From Burkholderiales bacterium (lineage in GTDB: Bacteria > Pseudomonadota > Gammaproteobacteria > Burkholderiales > UBA11063): a stretch of DNA of 64,000 bases. Each line of letters opens with the position of its first letter. The stretch's first letter is position 1. Under the pieces are notes generated by a model. It saw only the letters and a list, made by a program, of their open reading frames with translations, did not search any database and had not been told where the DNA came from. The stretch is from contig JAGOUD010000001.1 in NCBI GenBank assembly GCA_018061465.1, forward strand, positions 15,826 through 79,825. Reading direction: 5' to 3'. Positions 19,994 through 30,279 of this stretch are shown one piece after another. The position numbers were made by a program, and so were the translations under genes.

Positions 19994-21481
19994 TTGGAAC
20001 TTCCTATGAAGTTAATTACTAAAGATAAATTTACCTTTGCTACAGGAATGTTTTGGCAGATACCTGATGAGGGAAAGCATAGCCTTAACTTACGTAAATT
20101 AGGCCGTGATACACGGCAGAATATGTTTTGTTATATTAAAGAAATTAATACCTGGGGGTTTTGCCAGAAAAGTGAATTAAATGGACAACGCCGCGTAGCT
20201 TCATTTGGGCAATTTATTATAGCAGCTTCTAAATTATCGCCTAAGCATGCTAATTCAATAATTTGTTTTAAATTTAAAAGCAGTGGGGAAATTGATGAAG
20301 GAGAAATTTTAGAACATGACTTATATGCTTATATAGTTCTGCTCAACGGCACTATTTGCCCAGATGATGGCGAATATGTAGCATCCATTGAAATGGTATT
20401 GCAATCAATATATGAAAAGGCAGCTTGGCATGATATTGAAACTTTATATTTACCAGTTGAAGTTAGTGGACAATTCTTTACTATTTTTGAATTATTGGCT
20501 GATGCATATAATAATGAAGAATTACTACAGAGGCTAATTCTTAATTTAACTCATGCACAATCATTACAATTATTTGAATTTGTTGAACATAATTTTGAGC
20601 ATAACTTACTTTATAGTGATTTGATTAAAAATAATTTATTACCTCTTGAGATTCTACAGCAATTAATTAAAGAACCGCTATTTGAACACGAAGTAAAAAC
20701 TAGACGGAATAAACAACTAAACTATTTAATACCTAGTATTATTGTATTACCTTATACTTCAGATGAAATTTACTGGAATAATGAAAATTTCAAGAAAATT
20801 TATCTAAAATCGCTTATAAAATCAATCAAAAGTAAAACTTTGGTTCCATATAAATTAGCTATAGGTATAGTTATGCTAAGTATATTAAGTTATATGATTT
20901 ATCTTAACTTTAATCCAGTAATGCAACCAACTCAAGTAAAACGTAAGCCAAGACCGGTGGCAGTAAAGCCAGCTGCAGTAGAGCCACTTCAACTAATTAC
21001 CGCATGCCTTACTGACAATGATAAATATTTCCAAGATTTGGGGCAGTGGACATTAATTTCAATTAAATGTAACTCTCTAGGTGGGACACTTAGCTTTAAT
21101 TCTAGTGTTGATACCACTTTAGCAAACTTTAATCATTTAATTGGTAAGGGTAATAATAACCTCCACTATGCTAACCGACTTGGGACTTATATACAACCTT
21201 ATAAGATTCCTTCTAAGAACGCTTTTATGCCTAAAGTAGCGCACGAAGGAATTATTAATAATCTACAGCAAGCTATGTTGGATTATGGATTAAAAATAAA
21301 ATTAAGTGAAGACAAGGTAAATAGTAAAAAGCAAAAAACTAAATTCAACATTGCCTCTTTGCAATCCCCACTTTTTTTATATAACCATAAAGTATTGGAT
21401 AACGTACGCTTAACTAATATTAGCATGAATTTTGACCATAATAGCGGATTATATAATTGGTCAATTCAAGGAGAGTTTTAA
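19994..21481 (+). CDS. pilO: PilO-like pilin accessory protein
   Basis: FATGMFWQ N-terminal motif, central transmembrane helix, position between pilN and pilP; start may be ATG at 20006. Confidence 0.65.
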   Translation: MELPMKLITKDKFTFATGMFWQIPDEGKHSLNLRKLGRDTRQNMFCYIKEINTWGFCQKSELNGQRRVASFGQFIIAASKLSPKHANSIICFKFKSSGEIDEGEILEHDLYAYIVLLNGTICPDDGEYVASIEMVLQSIYEKAAWHDIETLYLPVEVSGQFFTIFELLADAYNNEELLQRLILNLTHAQSLQLFEFVEHNFEHNLLYSDLIKNNLLPLEILQQLIKEPLFEHEVKTRRNKQLNYLIPSIIVLPYTSDEIYWNNENFKKIYLKSLIKSIKSKTLVPYKLAIGIVMLSILSYMIYLNFNPVMQPTQVKRKPRPVAVKPAAVEPLQLITACLTDNDKYFQDLGQWTLISIKCNSLGGTLSFNSSVDTTLANFNHLIGKGNNNLHYANRLGTYIQPYKIPSKNAFMPKVAHEGIINNLQQAMLDYGLKIKLSEDKVNSKKQKTKFNIASLQSPLFLYNHKVLDNVRLTNISMNFDHNSGLYNWSIQGEF

Positions 21482-22098
21482 CTATGGTTAAATTGTTATG
21501 TTTGGGCTTTATCTTAATGTTAGCTTATGCATTTGCCAACCCCATTAGTTCAAATTCAAAGAGCACTACCAATAGTAGTACTTTAAATGATGGGATAGGG
21601 AAAACGGCTAATTTGGACGGTGCAGATAATGATGCTAATGATTTAATAAAGCTCAAGCGCCAATTAGATATAGAGAAAGCCCAAGCTGATATTAAAAAGC
21701 TGCATAATTCTACAACTTCAAATAAAGGACCATCCTCAGCTGTTGATTCCACCAATGCTCAAACTACTGTTACTGGAGTAGCGATTGATCAGGATGGAAA
21801 AAAAATTGCCTGGTTACAGTTTGCTGATGGTGGATCGTTGACGGTAAATATTGGTTCTCAGGTTGGCAAATATATAGTTAGAGAAATTAATATGTCTGGA
21901 GTTGAGCTTAGTTATTATTCTGGCACACAGCATAGAGAGTTACACAGTTTATGGCTTAAGCGAGCCTACGAAGGTACCGAAGGGGTAAAAATTAGGCAAA
22001 ATACCAAAAATATGCCAGTGTTTAGCCCTTCCCCTATTGTTACTAATGCTAATGGTGGAGATAATGATATGGTTCCACCAATTATTAGAGAGAAATAA
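21457..22098 (+). CDS. pilP: PilP-like type IVb pilus biogenesis protein
   Basis: Signal peptide, LIKLKRQLDIEKAQADI coiled coil, VTGVAID...AWLQFADGGSLTVNIGSQV..YIVREI; start probably 21484. Confidence 0.7.
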   Translation: MVNSRRVLTMVKLLCLGFILMLAYAFANPISSNSKSTTNSSTLNDGIGKTANLDGADNDANDLIKLKRQLDIEKAQADIKKLHNSTTSNKGPSSAVDSTNAQTTVTGVAIDQDGKKIAWLQFADGGSLTVNIGSQVGKYIVREINMSGVELSYYSGTQHRELHSLWLKRAYEGTEGVKIRQNTKNMPVFSPSPIVTNANGGDNDMVPPIIREK

Positions 22099-22100
22099 TT

Positions 22101-23699
22101 ATGCTGAATGAGAAAGTAAAAATTTTAACTGCTAAAGGTGGTCCGCAACAAATTTCACCTAATTTATATGATTACATATGCCTAACTTCGGAACGTAAAT
22201 TATATTATAACGCTGCTTATAGTAATCATCCACAGGTGCTCAATAAAATCGCTTATTTTAGAACGGCTAATTTATTTGATGGTAAACCTATAGCTCTTAC
22301 TTCAACTGAAATTAGGGCATTTTATGATGAAAATAGTAAAAATAATCAGGATGCATCCCAATTTCAACGAGATATTAGCGACTTATTTAAGTTAGCTGCC
22401 AGCCAGGAGGCGTCAGATGTACATATTAACGTGCGTAAAGATGAGTGTATTATTAAAATTAGACGCATTGGGGATTTAGATATTGAGTATGAATATACTG
22501 CTAGTCATGGACATAAGTTATGTAAGACTATTTTTATGACTATGTGTGATCAAGCTGGTAAAACTTTTCAGCCTAAGGCCAGGCAAGATGCCCGTATGAA
22601 AGCGGTTTTCTTACCCGAAGGAATAACTGGGGTGAGGATTGGCACTAGCCCAACTGATGCTGGTTACATTATGGTATGCCGATTACTTAAAAAATCTGAC
22701 CCTAAGAAATTAAATCTACCAGCATTAGGTTATGAATCATTTCAGATTGACCAAATTAATCAAGCTAAAAGTAAGAAAGGTGGAATTAATTTTTTTGCCG
22801 GGCCTACTGGGTCGGGCAAATCCACTACCATGTCTATCATAGTTAGCACAATAATTGAAGAAAGTAATGGCACCAAACATGTAATTACAGCTGAAAACCC
22901 GGTGGAGTATGAAATTGGGGGTGAGATTATAATGCATAAAGAAATCAATGGGCAGATTATTAGCAAAAAAGTTATGACTTATGCTACTCAAACTCCAATT
23001 ATGGCTAATAATACCAAGCGTAAAAAAGAAATTTTTAGTGAGGCCATTACAGCAATGATGCGTCTGGACCCTGATGTCATTATGATAGGGGAAATTCGTG
23101 ATGGGGGTTCGTTAAAAGCAGCGGTTGATGCTTCAATGACTGGACATCAGGTATGGACATCTGTGCACGCAACTTCTGCAATGGGAATTATAAAACGCTT
23201 AATTACAGTAAGCAGTGAAGCTGATAATTCCATAGCTAAAGATTTAATTTGTGATTCTAATATTGTTTCAAGCTTAATGGCACAACGGTTGGTTAAAAAG
23301 GTTTGCGCTCATTGTTCCTATAATTTAGAGCAAAAAGCCCTTGATCACAAATTAATTAAACGCTTAGTAGACGTACTAGGTGATGATTTAAGCGGGATTC
23401 AGCTTAGAAACGATGATGGATGCAGTCACTGCCATAGGGGAAATAGCGGTAGAACAGTTATTGCTGAAATTATTAATACTGATCCGGAATTTATGGCATT
23501 AATTACCAGGTCAAATTTTGAAGCAGAAAATTATTGGTTGGAGAGTTTAAAAGGCATACCAATGATGGCACATGGGCTATTAAAAGTTAAACACGGGATT
23601 ATTGACCCGCATGATTTGGAGGATGAATTAGAATTTATCCAATTACCTCGCGCATTTAATCGAGAATATTTTAAAGAATTATTAAAGGTTCGCAGATGA
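22101..23699 (+). CDS. pilQ: PilQ pilus assembly ATPase (GspE/PulE family)
   Basis: ASDVHI, Walker A GPTGSGKST, TAENPVEY, MRLDPDVIMIGEIRD, TGHQVWTSVHA, CAHC/CSHC zinc motif. Confidence 0.95.
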   Translation: MLNEKVKILTAKGGPQQISPNLYDYICLTSERKLYYNAAYSNHPQVLNKIAYFRTANLFDGKPIALTSTEIRAFYDENSKNNQDASQFQRDISDLFKLAASQEASDVHINVRKDECIIKIRRIGDLDIEYEYTASHGHKLCKTIFMTMCDQAGKTFQPKARQDARMKAVFLPEGITGVRIGTSPTDAGYIMVCRLLKKSDPKKLNLPALGYESFQIDQINQAKSKKGGINFFAGPTGSGKSTTMSIIVSTIIEESNGTKHVITAENPVEYEIGGEIIMHKEINGQIISKKVMTYATQTPIMANNTKRKKEIFSEAITAMMRLDPDVIMIGEIRDGGSLKAAVDASMTGHQVWTSVHATSAMGIIKRLITVSSEADNSIAKDLICDSNIVSSLMAQRLVKKVCAHCSYNLEQKALDHKLIKRLVDVLGDDLSGIQLRNDDGCSHCHRGNSGRTVIAEIINTDPEFMALITRSNFEAENYWLESLKGIPMMAHGLLKVKHGIIDPHDLEDELEFIQLPRAFNREYFKELLKVRR

Positions 23700-24787
23700 A
23701 ACTAAGTAATTACTTTATTATTTGGCATAATTATTTTGGTAGGTTGGCTAAAAAAACTGCCATGACCTATAAACAACGTCAAAAGATATATCGAATGCTA
23801 GAGAAAATGACAGCAGAGCCAGCTGTATTACAAATTAACGAAGCACTTGCTGAATTAAAAATGCTAGAAGCCCGGGGGGAATTGAAGAGCAGGCTATGGT
23901 ACGTATATGACGATATTATGGAACAGATGCGAAGCAGTGAGGCAGATTTTGCACATGCTTTGGCTAAATATGTACCACAGCAGGATACTATGATTATAGC
24001 TGCCAGTGAGCAAGATGATATTACGCTCGGGTTCACTACTGTCATTGAAAATAATCGGAAGACTAATGAGATGAAACAAGCATTTACTCAAGCATTAGCT
24101 TATCCTATCTTAATGGTATGTGTATTAGTAACATTATTATTTTATTTCAGTATAAAAGTGATTCCAGCATTTATGGAAAGCATGCAATCTGGGGTGGTTT
24201 TATCCTCTTCATCAGTATTTCTAGTGGAAATGGCACAAAGTTTCAATTGGTGGTTTTCTCTTTTAGTAATAGGGATAGTTGGAGTAGGGCTATTTATTGT
24301 TTGGGCATTGCCTAATTTAACTCATAAATATAGGAAATTCTTAGAAGATTTACCTCCATTTAATATGTACCGGATTATGATTGGATGTGGATTTTTATTT
24401 GCACTTAATAGTTTAAGTAAAAGTGGTTATCTACAGTATGAAGCATTAGAGCAGATGTTAAAACTGGCTAAGCCGTATTTGCGTTATCGTATTGAATTAT
24501 TAATGGACAAGATGGCTGACGGGTTAGATATTGGCGAAGCACTGATTTATAGCAAATTAAACTTTCCAGATAAGCAGATGGTGCGTGAATTAGCTATTCA
24601 GATTAAATATAGTGATGAAGATACCTTGGAAGTACTATCAAGTAACTTAGCCGAAGATGGTTTAGAGATAATCAAAATTCAAGCACAAATAATGCGGTTT
24701 CTAATCACTTTTATAGTATTTGGGGTAATTGCCTTTTTATATTTTGCAGTATATCAATTCGGTAGCGATCTAGCTAATGTTAAATAA
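23696..24787 (+). CDS. pilR: PilR inner-membrane platform protein (GspF family)
   Basis: QALAYPILM, VIPAF, LPPFNMYR...GFLFAL..L..SG, three hydrophobic segments; follows the ATPase. Confidence 0.85.
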   Translation: MKLSNYFIIWHNYFGRLAKKTAMTYKQRQKIYRMLEKMTAEPAVLQINEALAELKMLEARGELKSRLWYVYDDIMEQMRSSEADFAHALAKYVPQQDTMIIAASEQDDITLGFTTVIENNRKTNEMKQAFTQALAYPILMVCVLVTLLFYFSIKVIPAFMESMQSGVVLSSSSVFLVEMAQSFNWWFSLLVIGIVGVGLFIVWALPNLTHKYRKFLEDLPPFNMYRIMIGCGFLFALNSLSKSGYLQYEALEQMLKLAKPYLRYRIELLMDKMADGLDIGEALIYSKLNFPDKQMVRELAIQIKYSDEDTLEVLSSNLAEDGLEIIKIQAQIMRFLITFIVFGVIAFLYFAVYQFGSDLANVK

Positions 24788-25403
24788 TTTTTTTAAATTT
24801 TATAGGAGTGTTATTATGAAAAGAAAAAATATGGTTAACCATTTAGGTAATTATAAGCAACCACCACTGGGCATATTAATCCGTCAGGCAGGGTTTAATG
24901 CTTTAGAATTAATGTTAGTGCTTGCCATAATAGCAATAGCAATTGCAGTTGCTATCCATGTTATGGCGGGTAATTCAGATAAGCAAAATTCTAATCAGAT
25001 GATAAGTGATGTGTCAGGATTAATGAGTAATATCCATGATGCTTTTGCCAGTTCTTCCGGTGGATATACTAGCTTGACTACCGAAATGGCTATTGAAGCT
25101 AAATTGATACCCACTGATTTACGGTTAACTAGTGACGGCAAGGGCGTATTAAATCAGTTTCAGGGAGGAAAAGTAGATGTTGCTCCTGGTGAAGATGGAG
25201 ATAATTTTACTATCACCTATACTAATGTACCCTCTAGTGTATGTAATATGGGAATTGCAGCCCTAGCTGGCTCTGGGTTTAATAGTATAGCAGTTAATGA
25301 TACCGCAGTTTATGATGCAACCACTAGTGCTACTGTTGATGCTGCAGATATTAGCAGTGCATGTAAGGACACAGTTAATACTCTTGTTTTTACCGCTAGT
25401 TAA
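24777..25403 (+). CDS. pilS: PilS major type IVb prepilin
   Basis: Long leader then RQAG|FNALELMLVL (G-1/F+1/E+5); FTITYTNVPSSVC...C PilS C-terminal pattern; start likely 24816. Confidence 0.9.
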   Translation: MLNNFFKFYRSVIMKRKNMVNHLGNYKQPPLGILIRQAGFNALELMLVLAIIAIAIAVAIHVMAGNSDKQNSNQMISDVSGLMSNIHDAFASSSGGYTSLTTEMAIEAKLIPTDLRLTSDGKGVLNQFQGGKVDVAPGEDGDNFTITYTNVPSSVCNMGIAALAGSGFNSIAVNDTAVYDATTSATVDAADISSACKDTVNTLVFTAS

Positions 25404-25411
25404 TCAGTGCA

Positions 25412-26113
25412 ATGCAAAGTTCGATAATTTTGGCTTTAATGGTGCTAGCTTCATTATTTATGGCAGCAGAGTTTAAACGCAATGATAGTGGAGATGCAAA
25501 CAATATTGCTGTTTTTAAGTCTGATACTGTTGCAGCTAATATTATGCAATATAATGATTTAATGGTGCAATATATACTAGCTAACTACGAGGTTCTACAT
25601 TTGCCTATTGCAATAAACTCAGGCAGTGTAGAACAAATTGCTTTATTAAATTATGAGGCTAATCATGTTGATAGTTATTCTCAAAAAAATTTATTATTGT
25701 TTCTAAATTATACTAGCACAACATTCAATTATGCTAACTCATTAGATGGGGAAAGCGAGATAATTCCTACAGTATATCTAGCCACAAGTTGGGATAATTA
25801 TACTAAAGACATAATGCATAATTATTCTGCAACCTCAATGCTAGCTATTATGGGGAAGTTAGGTCAAGATTTATCAAAGCATTTGTATCAGGGAAATAGT
25901 ACCTATTGGGTGGTGCCGTGGGTATTTAGCCAGAATAATTGTGAAGTTGAAGAAATATTTTCTCAATTACCTACTAATAGTTCTGGTGTAGCTGACATTG
26001 CTCAATTAAAACACCTATTTAATACATTTTGTAGCAAAGTGCAGTCAAATAGTGAGTATAAATTTTTAAAATATGTATATCTGCAACCAGTAATTAAAGC
26101 ATCAGATATATAG
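25412..26113 (+). CDS. pilM: PilM-like protein
   Basis: Short N-terminal hydrophobic helix, VAANIMQYNDLM..YI pattern, position between pilS and pilV. Confidence 0.55.
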   Translation: MQSSIILALMVLASLFMAAEFKRNDSGDANNIAVFKSDTVAANIMQYNDLMVQYILANYEVLHLPIAINSGSVEQIALLNYEANHVDSYSQKNLLLFLNYTSTTFNYANSLDGESEIIPTVYLATSWDNYTKDIMHNYSATSMLAIMGKLGQDLSKHLYQGNSTYWVVPWVFSQNNCEVEEIFSQLPTNSSGVADIAQLKHLFNTFCSKVQSNSEYKFLKYVYLQPVIKASDI

Positions 26114-26131
26114 GCAGATGGCTGAAATAAA

Positions 26132-27664
26132 TTGCTAGGAAGAATAAAGTATAAGCAAAGTGGATACTCAGCACTTGAACTAATAGGGGTGTTAGTGACG
26201 CTATGTTTTGTAATATTAGTAACGGATAAATTCATTATGGCGCAGCGTGAAACTCGTGAAATTAATCAATTGGCAGATCAAGCTAATAGCTATAGCCAAA
26301 GTGCAATTAAATATCTTGAAGATAATTATAGAAGTTTAGTACAACAAACTAATGAGTATACTGAGGTAATTCTCCCATTTACAATATTTAGTGGATATGC
26401 ACCCGATGAAGTAACCGCACTTACCCGGAGCTATCAAACACCTTGTTTATATGTAATGAAAAGCACTAATAATACTCTTATTGCCTATTTAATTTTTGGT
26501 AAGGTTAACCCTAAAGCAAAAGATTTAGAACAATTAACCGTAGCTAAAATAGCCCAGACTTTAGGTGAAAATGCTGGCACACTAGTTCAGCAAAATGGAA
26601 GTTATATTTTAAGAGGGGGAGTAGAGAATGATTTTAATTTTAGCTCAGCAAGTATTAATAAAATTGTTGGTGGCTGTGGCTTTAGAACTCTATTTCCTCC
26701 ATATTCCTTAGTAATCGATTTAACCAAAAATGTGGCATTATTTACCTCAATAAAAGGTAATCTGGATCAACAGTCAACTGCGAAAGAGCCAGACCCAAGT
26801 TTAAAAAAAGATGGGACTATTTCAGAGAAGAACATTTTATCCACCATGGAAACTAACTTATACTTGGATAATATAGTTAAAGAATCAAGCTCAAAGACTA
26901 CCTATTATTGCGATGCTACTAAATTGCCGGTTAATGACGCTAATAGCATATGTTTGAATTATGCTAGCAATAATAAAGTTAGTATGTATTCAGGTACGGC
27001 TAAATGGATAAGTAGTTTATTAGATAGTAGTAGTAAAAATTGTATTGCAACTGCTAGTGCGCATTTTTATACGGCAACTACTAGTTATACCTGTAGTGGG
27101 GTTAGCTTTCCGGATGCTAATTCATTTTGTCCCGCAAACAAAAATGGACAAAGTTTGGTCAAGGGAAGTGGTTATTGGTCGCCTAATCCAGGAACATTAA
27201 ATGGCACTCAATGTACTTCTAATGCATATGCTTCATATGCCAGCTGTCCTACTATAACGTGTGTTATTACTAATCCTTCTAAGGGAATAGGGACTTGGGT
27301 ATATACTTGTAATGGAGTGATGCAAGCAGATTGGAGAGGTCCAGTTAGTGGAGGTACAATTTACGCAGCTATGCAAAATGCTTGTAAAAATGCTGGTTAT
27401 CAAGGTAACTTTAATAGCTCTAATCCATGGGATAAAACATATACTCCTAGTTATAATCCCAATAGCAATCTTTGTGCTTATAATCCACAGATATATTGTG
27501 GCTATGATAAAAATGGGCATTATATCCAAAATGGAATTTGGGTGAATTTTAATGGAACCCCGTCCACTTTTGGCGGTAGTTCTAGTAAACAGTCTTGTGG
27601 GCAAAAGTCAGTATCGGCCAAAACTACGCAGAGTACTAATGATATGGGATATAAAAATTGTTAA
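26132..27664 (+). CDS. pilV: PilV-like minor pilin/adhesin 1, N-terminal part (prepilin motif, Shufflon_N-like region, Cys-rich domain)
   Basis: KQSG|YSALELIGVL; ANSYSQSAIKYL...YQTPCLYV...IAYL pattern shared with the other PilV paralogues. Confidence 0.75.
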   Translation: MLGRIKYKQSGYSALELIGVLVTLCFVILVTDKFIMAQRETREINQLADQANSYSQSAIKYLEDNYRSLVQQTNEYTEVILPFTIFSGYAPDEVTALTRSYQTPCLYVMKSTNNTLIAYLIFGKVNPKAKDLEQLTVAKIAQTLGENAGTLVQQNGSYILRGGVENDFNFSSASINKIVGGCGFRTLFPPYSLVIDLTKNVALFTSIKGNLDQQSTAKEPDPSLKKDGTISEKNILSTMETNLYLDNIVKESSSKTTYYCDATKLPVNDANSICLNYASNNKVSMYSGTAKWISSLLDSSSKNCIATASAHFYTATTSYTCSGVSFPDANSFCPANKNGQSLVKGSGYWSPNPGTLNGTQCTSNAYASYASCPTITCVITNPSKGIGTWVYTCNGVMQADWRGPVSGGTIYAAMQNACKNAGYQGNFNSSNPWDKTYTPSYNPNSNLCAYNPQIYCGYDKNGHYIQNGIWVNFNGTPSTFGGSSSKQSCGQKSVSAKTTQSTNDMGYKNC

Positions 27665-28443
27665 TTATATTAGGGTATACATTACTCAAGCATAAGTTTA
27701 AAGATACCAGACTCATGACTTTAATGATTATGTGCAACCTCGCATCAGCTGCTTCACAATACCCAGCGTTAGAGTCTATAAGTGGCACTCCTGAAGAACA
27801 TGTATATAAAAGTATTGATTTTGGGCGAAATAGCATTAATGGGCAAAGGATCCAGATTAAAAGTGCAGCACCTCAGGGTGCTCCAGTCTATACCAGTCAA
27901 TTGGAAATAGATAATGCTGGGATACAGGCGGGATATATTGCGCCTAACTCTCATGAAATTAAAGAAGGGGATAGCTGCAGCTCTGACGATTTAGGTAAAA
28001 TCGTACAACATTTAGCAGGGGGCAATTTAATTATTAGCCAGCTACAATGCATGTATAACCCCACTTTTTGTTCTGGCGCGGGTTATTGCTTTTTACCGGT
28101 TAAAACTACCACGTTTACTTATCAGTTTGCCCCTCTTAAAGCTAGTGCAGTATGCCCAGCTGGCACTATAGTAGATAGCGTACATGCCAATAATAATATT
28201 GCGACTGGCATTAGTTGCCCTATCTACTCAGGTTTAACTTTAATTCAGGGAGTGCACGGAGAAACTGCTAATTGTTACCAGAATGCGGTTAACTTGTCTT
28301 TTTGTATGGGGTATCAAAGTGTATGTAGCTATAAAGATAAAAATGGGGTTATACAAAAAGTACTAGTAGCCGCTTTAGCTCAATTAACCTGTACTAATTC
28401 TACAGCAACGTATACGATAGATAATTATACTCAAGCAGATTGA
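27658..28443 (+). CDS. PilV-like adhesin 1, C-terminal part (separate ORF or frameshifted tail)
   Basis: IQAGYIAP...EGDSCSSDDLGK...SQLQC...C...GYCFLP aligns by eye with the internal Cys module of the intact PilV paralogues at 28468 and 31858. Confidence 0.65.
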   Translation: MLIILGYTLLKHKFKDTRLMTLMIMCNLASAASQYPALESISGTPEEHVYKSIDFGRNSINGQRIQIKSAAPQGAPVYTSQLEIDNAGIQAGYIAPNSHEIKEGDSCSSDDLGKIVQHLAGGNLIISQLQCMYNPTFCSGAGYCFLPVKTTTFTYQFAPLKASAVCPAGTIVDSVHANNNIATGISCPIYSGLTLIQGVHGETANCYQNAVNLSFCMGYQSVCSYKDKNGVIQKVLVAALAQLTCTNSTATYTIDNYTQAD

Positions 28444-28467
28444 AGTTTTAGGATATAAGGAAAAATA

Positions 28468-30168
28468 ATGAAGTGGTTAATAGCTAGAGAAAAGCTAAAA
28501 CTTACATCCATAAAAGGTTATTCCGTAATTGAGCTATTATTTGCTCTTTGCGTAATATCTTCAGTAATCTATTTAGTAAGTGCTTCAGTTAGTTCTATGC
28601 TACAGCTTTATAAGGCACAGAATGCCGCAGCAAATGCATATAAGTATGCAGAAGCTGTAGTCCGTTATATAACTACGCATCAGAATTTACTCCGCTTACA
28701 ATTAGAAATAAATGGTGTATCTAATGAAAAAATTGCGACCATTACGCCACAGACATTAAAAGAAGAGGGGTTTATACCCAATATTAAATACGCAAATAAT
28801 AATTTAAACCAAACACCGTGTACTATAATTTTTTATGATAATCATCAATTACAATCGTATGTTTACTATAGAGATAATAATGATTCAAAAACCTTGAATC
28901 AACGCCAACTAAAAGATGGACTCAATCATATGGGTGCTATGCTTGGGCTATATCAAAATGGCAAAATTGAAGGGGCAGCAAAAGATTGGGCATTAGACAA
29001 TAATTTTATAAGTAGAATGTTTGTTTCTCAAGGAAATGTTGACTTATCTCAAGGAGCAGATTCTACCTCATATAGATGTAATGGTTCACAAATTGCAAAT
29101 AATAGCTATGTGGTAAATGTAACCAGTATGCTAAAGCTGGATAATGACTTACCGCTTGATGATACTATTCACCAATATTCTGATGTATTGCATGATGTGG
29201 ATGAATCACAAAGTAATAATCGTATGAATAGCGATTTGGTTATGGATTATATATCGGATGATGGCACCCAAAGAAACCAAAGTAATGTAATATTTCAAAA
29301 TAATCCAGATTGTGTCATGAATTATAGTGTGCCTGGGGCTACTGATGATTATGGCACAAGCAATTTAAATGGATGTAAAAACCGCCAATTAGCCATATCA
29401 GTTAAATCTAATAATAGCAAGAATCAAGCGGTAATTATAACGGGATTTAAGCGTGGAGGTATTAATGATGACGATAAAGAAGACAAGAGACCATATGTGG
29501 GAGAAATATCTGCTGCTTCTATTCAGCCGACTATTCAAGTAAGTGTAGGAACCCAGTGTTTAAAAACCGAACTAAGTAAAATGGCACAACAAGAACGTTC
29601 TTCTAGAGCTGATGATATAAATAATTTATATGTTAGCCAGGTGGTATGTATGAAAAGCCCAACTTGTCCATCTGAAACTGGCGGTTATTGTTATTTACCG
29701 CTACACTCAGTTACCATAAATTATACTCCCAATCAACCAAGCGCCCAATGTCCAGTAGGAATGTTTATTAGTAGTTTAACTACTAATGTGCAAGAATTTC
29801 CTGATTGGGGTTCGCATTGTTGTGCTACAGATTTAGTTAGTTGCATTGGTAATGCCTCAGCTCATAATCATTACTGGGAAGGATATCAGTTATATAAAGA
29901 TCAAACTCTAGTGGGGTCATATATTAATGGTGGCAATATTGATGGTGCAGGTGCAGTTCCCCAACCACTCTATTTACCTCCGACCAAATCGCCTGATTAT
30001 TTATTAGCTAATACGGCAGTTATGGGGTTAGTAGATTATGGCTATACCTGTGATGCTATTTGTGGATGTCCCAGTTATCCCACCTGGGCAACCAGGTGGC
30101 AGCCTAACATAACATCTATGACATGTACTAATGATCCATCACAAGCCCAAATTTTAGTACCCGGGTAA
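28468..30168 (+). CDS. pilV: PilV-like minor pilin/adhesin 2
   Basis: SIKG|YSVIELLFAL; AYKYAEAVVRYI, QTPCTII; ISAASIQP..VGTQC...SQVVC...GYCYLP; Cys-rich unique tail. Confidence 0.8.
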   Translation: MKWLIAREKLKLTSIKGYSVIELLFALCVISSVIYLVSASVSSMLQLYKAQNAAANAYKYAEAVVRYITTHQNLLRLQLEINGVSNEKIATITPQTLKEEGFIPNIKYANNNLNQTPCTIIFYDNHQLQSYVYYRDNNDSKTLNQRQLKDGLNHMGAMLGLYQNGKIEGAAKDWALDNNFISRMFVSQGNVDLSQGADSTSYRCNGSQIANNSYVVNVTSMLKLDNDLPLDDTIHQYSDVLHDVDESQSNNRMNSDLVMDYISDDGTQRNQSNVIFQNNPDCVMNYSVPGATDDYGTSNLNGCKNRQLAISVKSNNSKNQAVIITGFKRGGINDDDKEDKRPYVGEISAASIQPTIQVSVGTQCLKTELSKMAQQERSSRADDINNLYVSQVVCMKSPTCPSETGGYCYLPLHSVTINYTPNQPSAQCPVGMFISSLTTNVQEFPDWGSHCCATDLVSCIGNASAHNHYWEGYQLYKDQTLVGSYINGGNIDGAGAVPQPLYLPPTKSPDYLLANTAVMGLVDYGYTCDAICGCPSYPTWATRWQPNITSMTCTNDPSQAQILVPG

Positions 30169-30279
30169 TAATATGGTTCAAATATATAGAATTATGAAAA
30201 AGTTTATTGCGATAGGCTAGGTAAATTGGTTTAGGTAAAAGTGTAAAGTAAATAATTATATAATAAAGGAAGCAACAAT

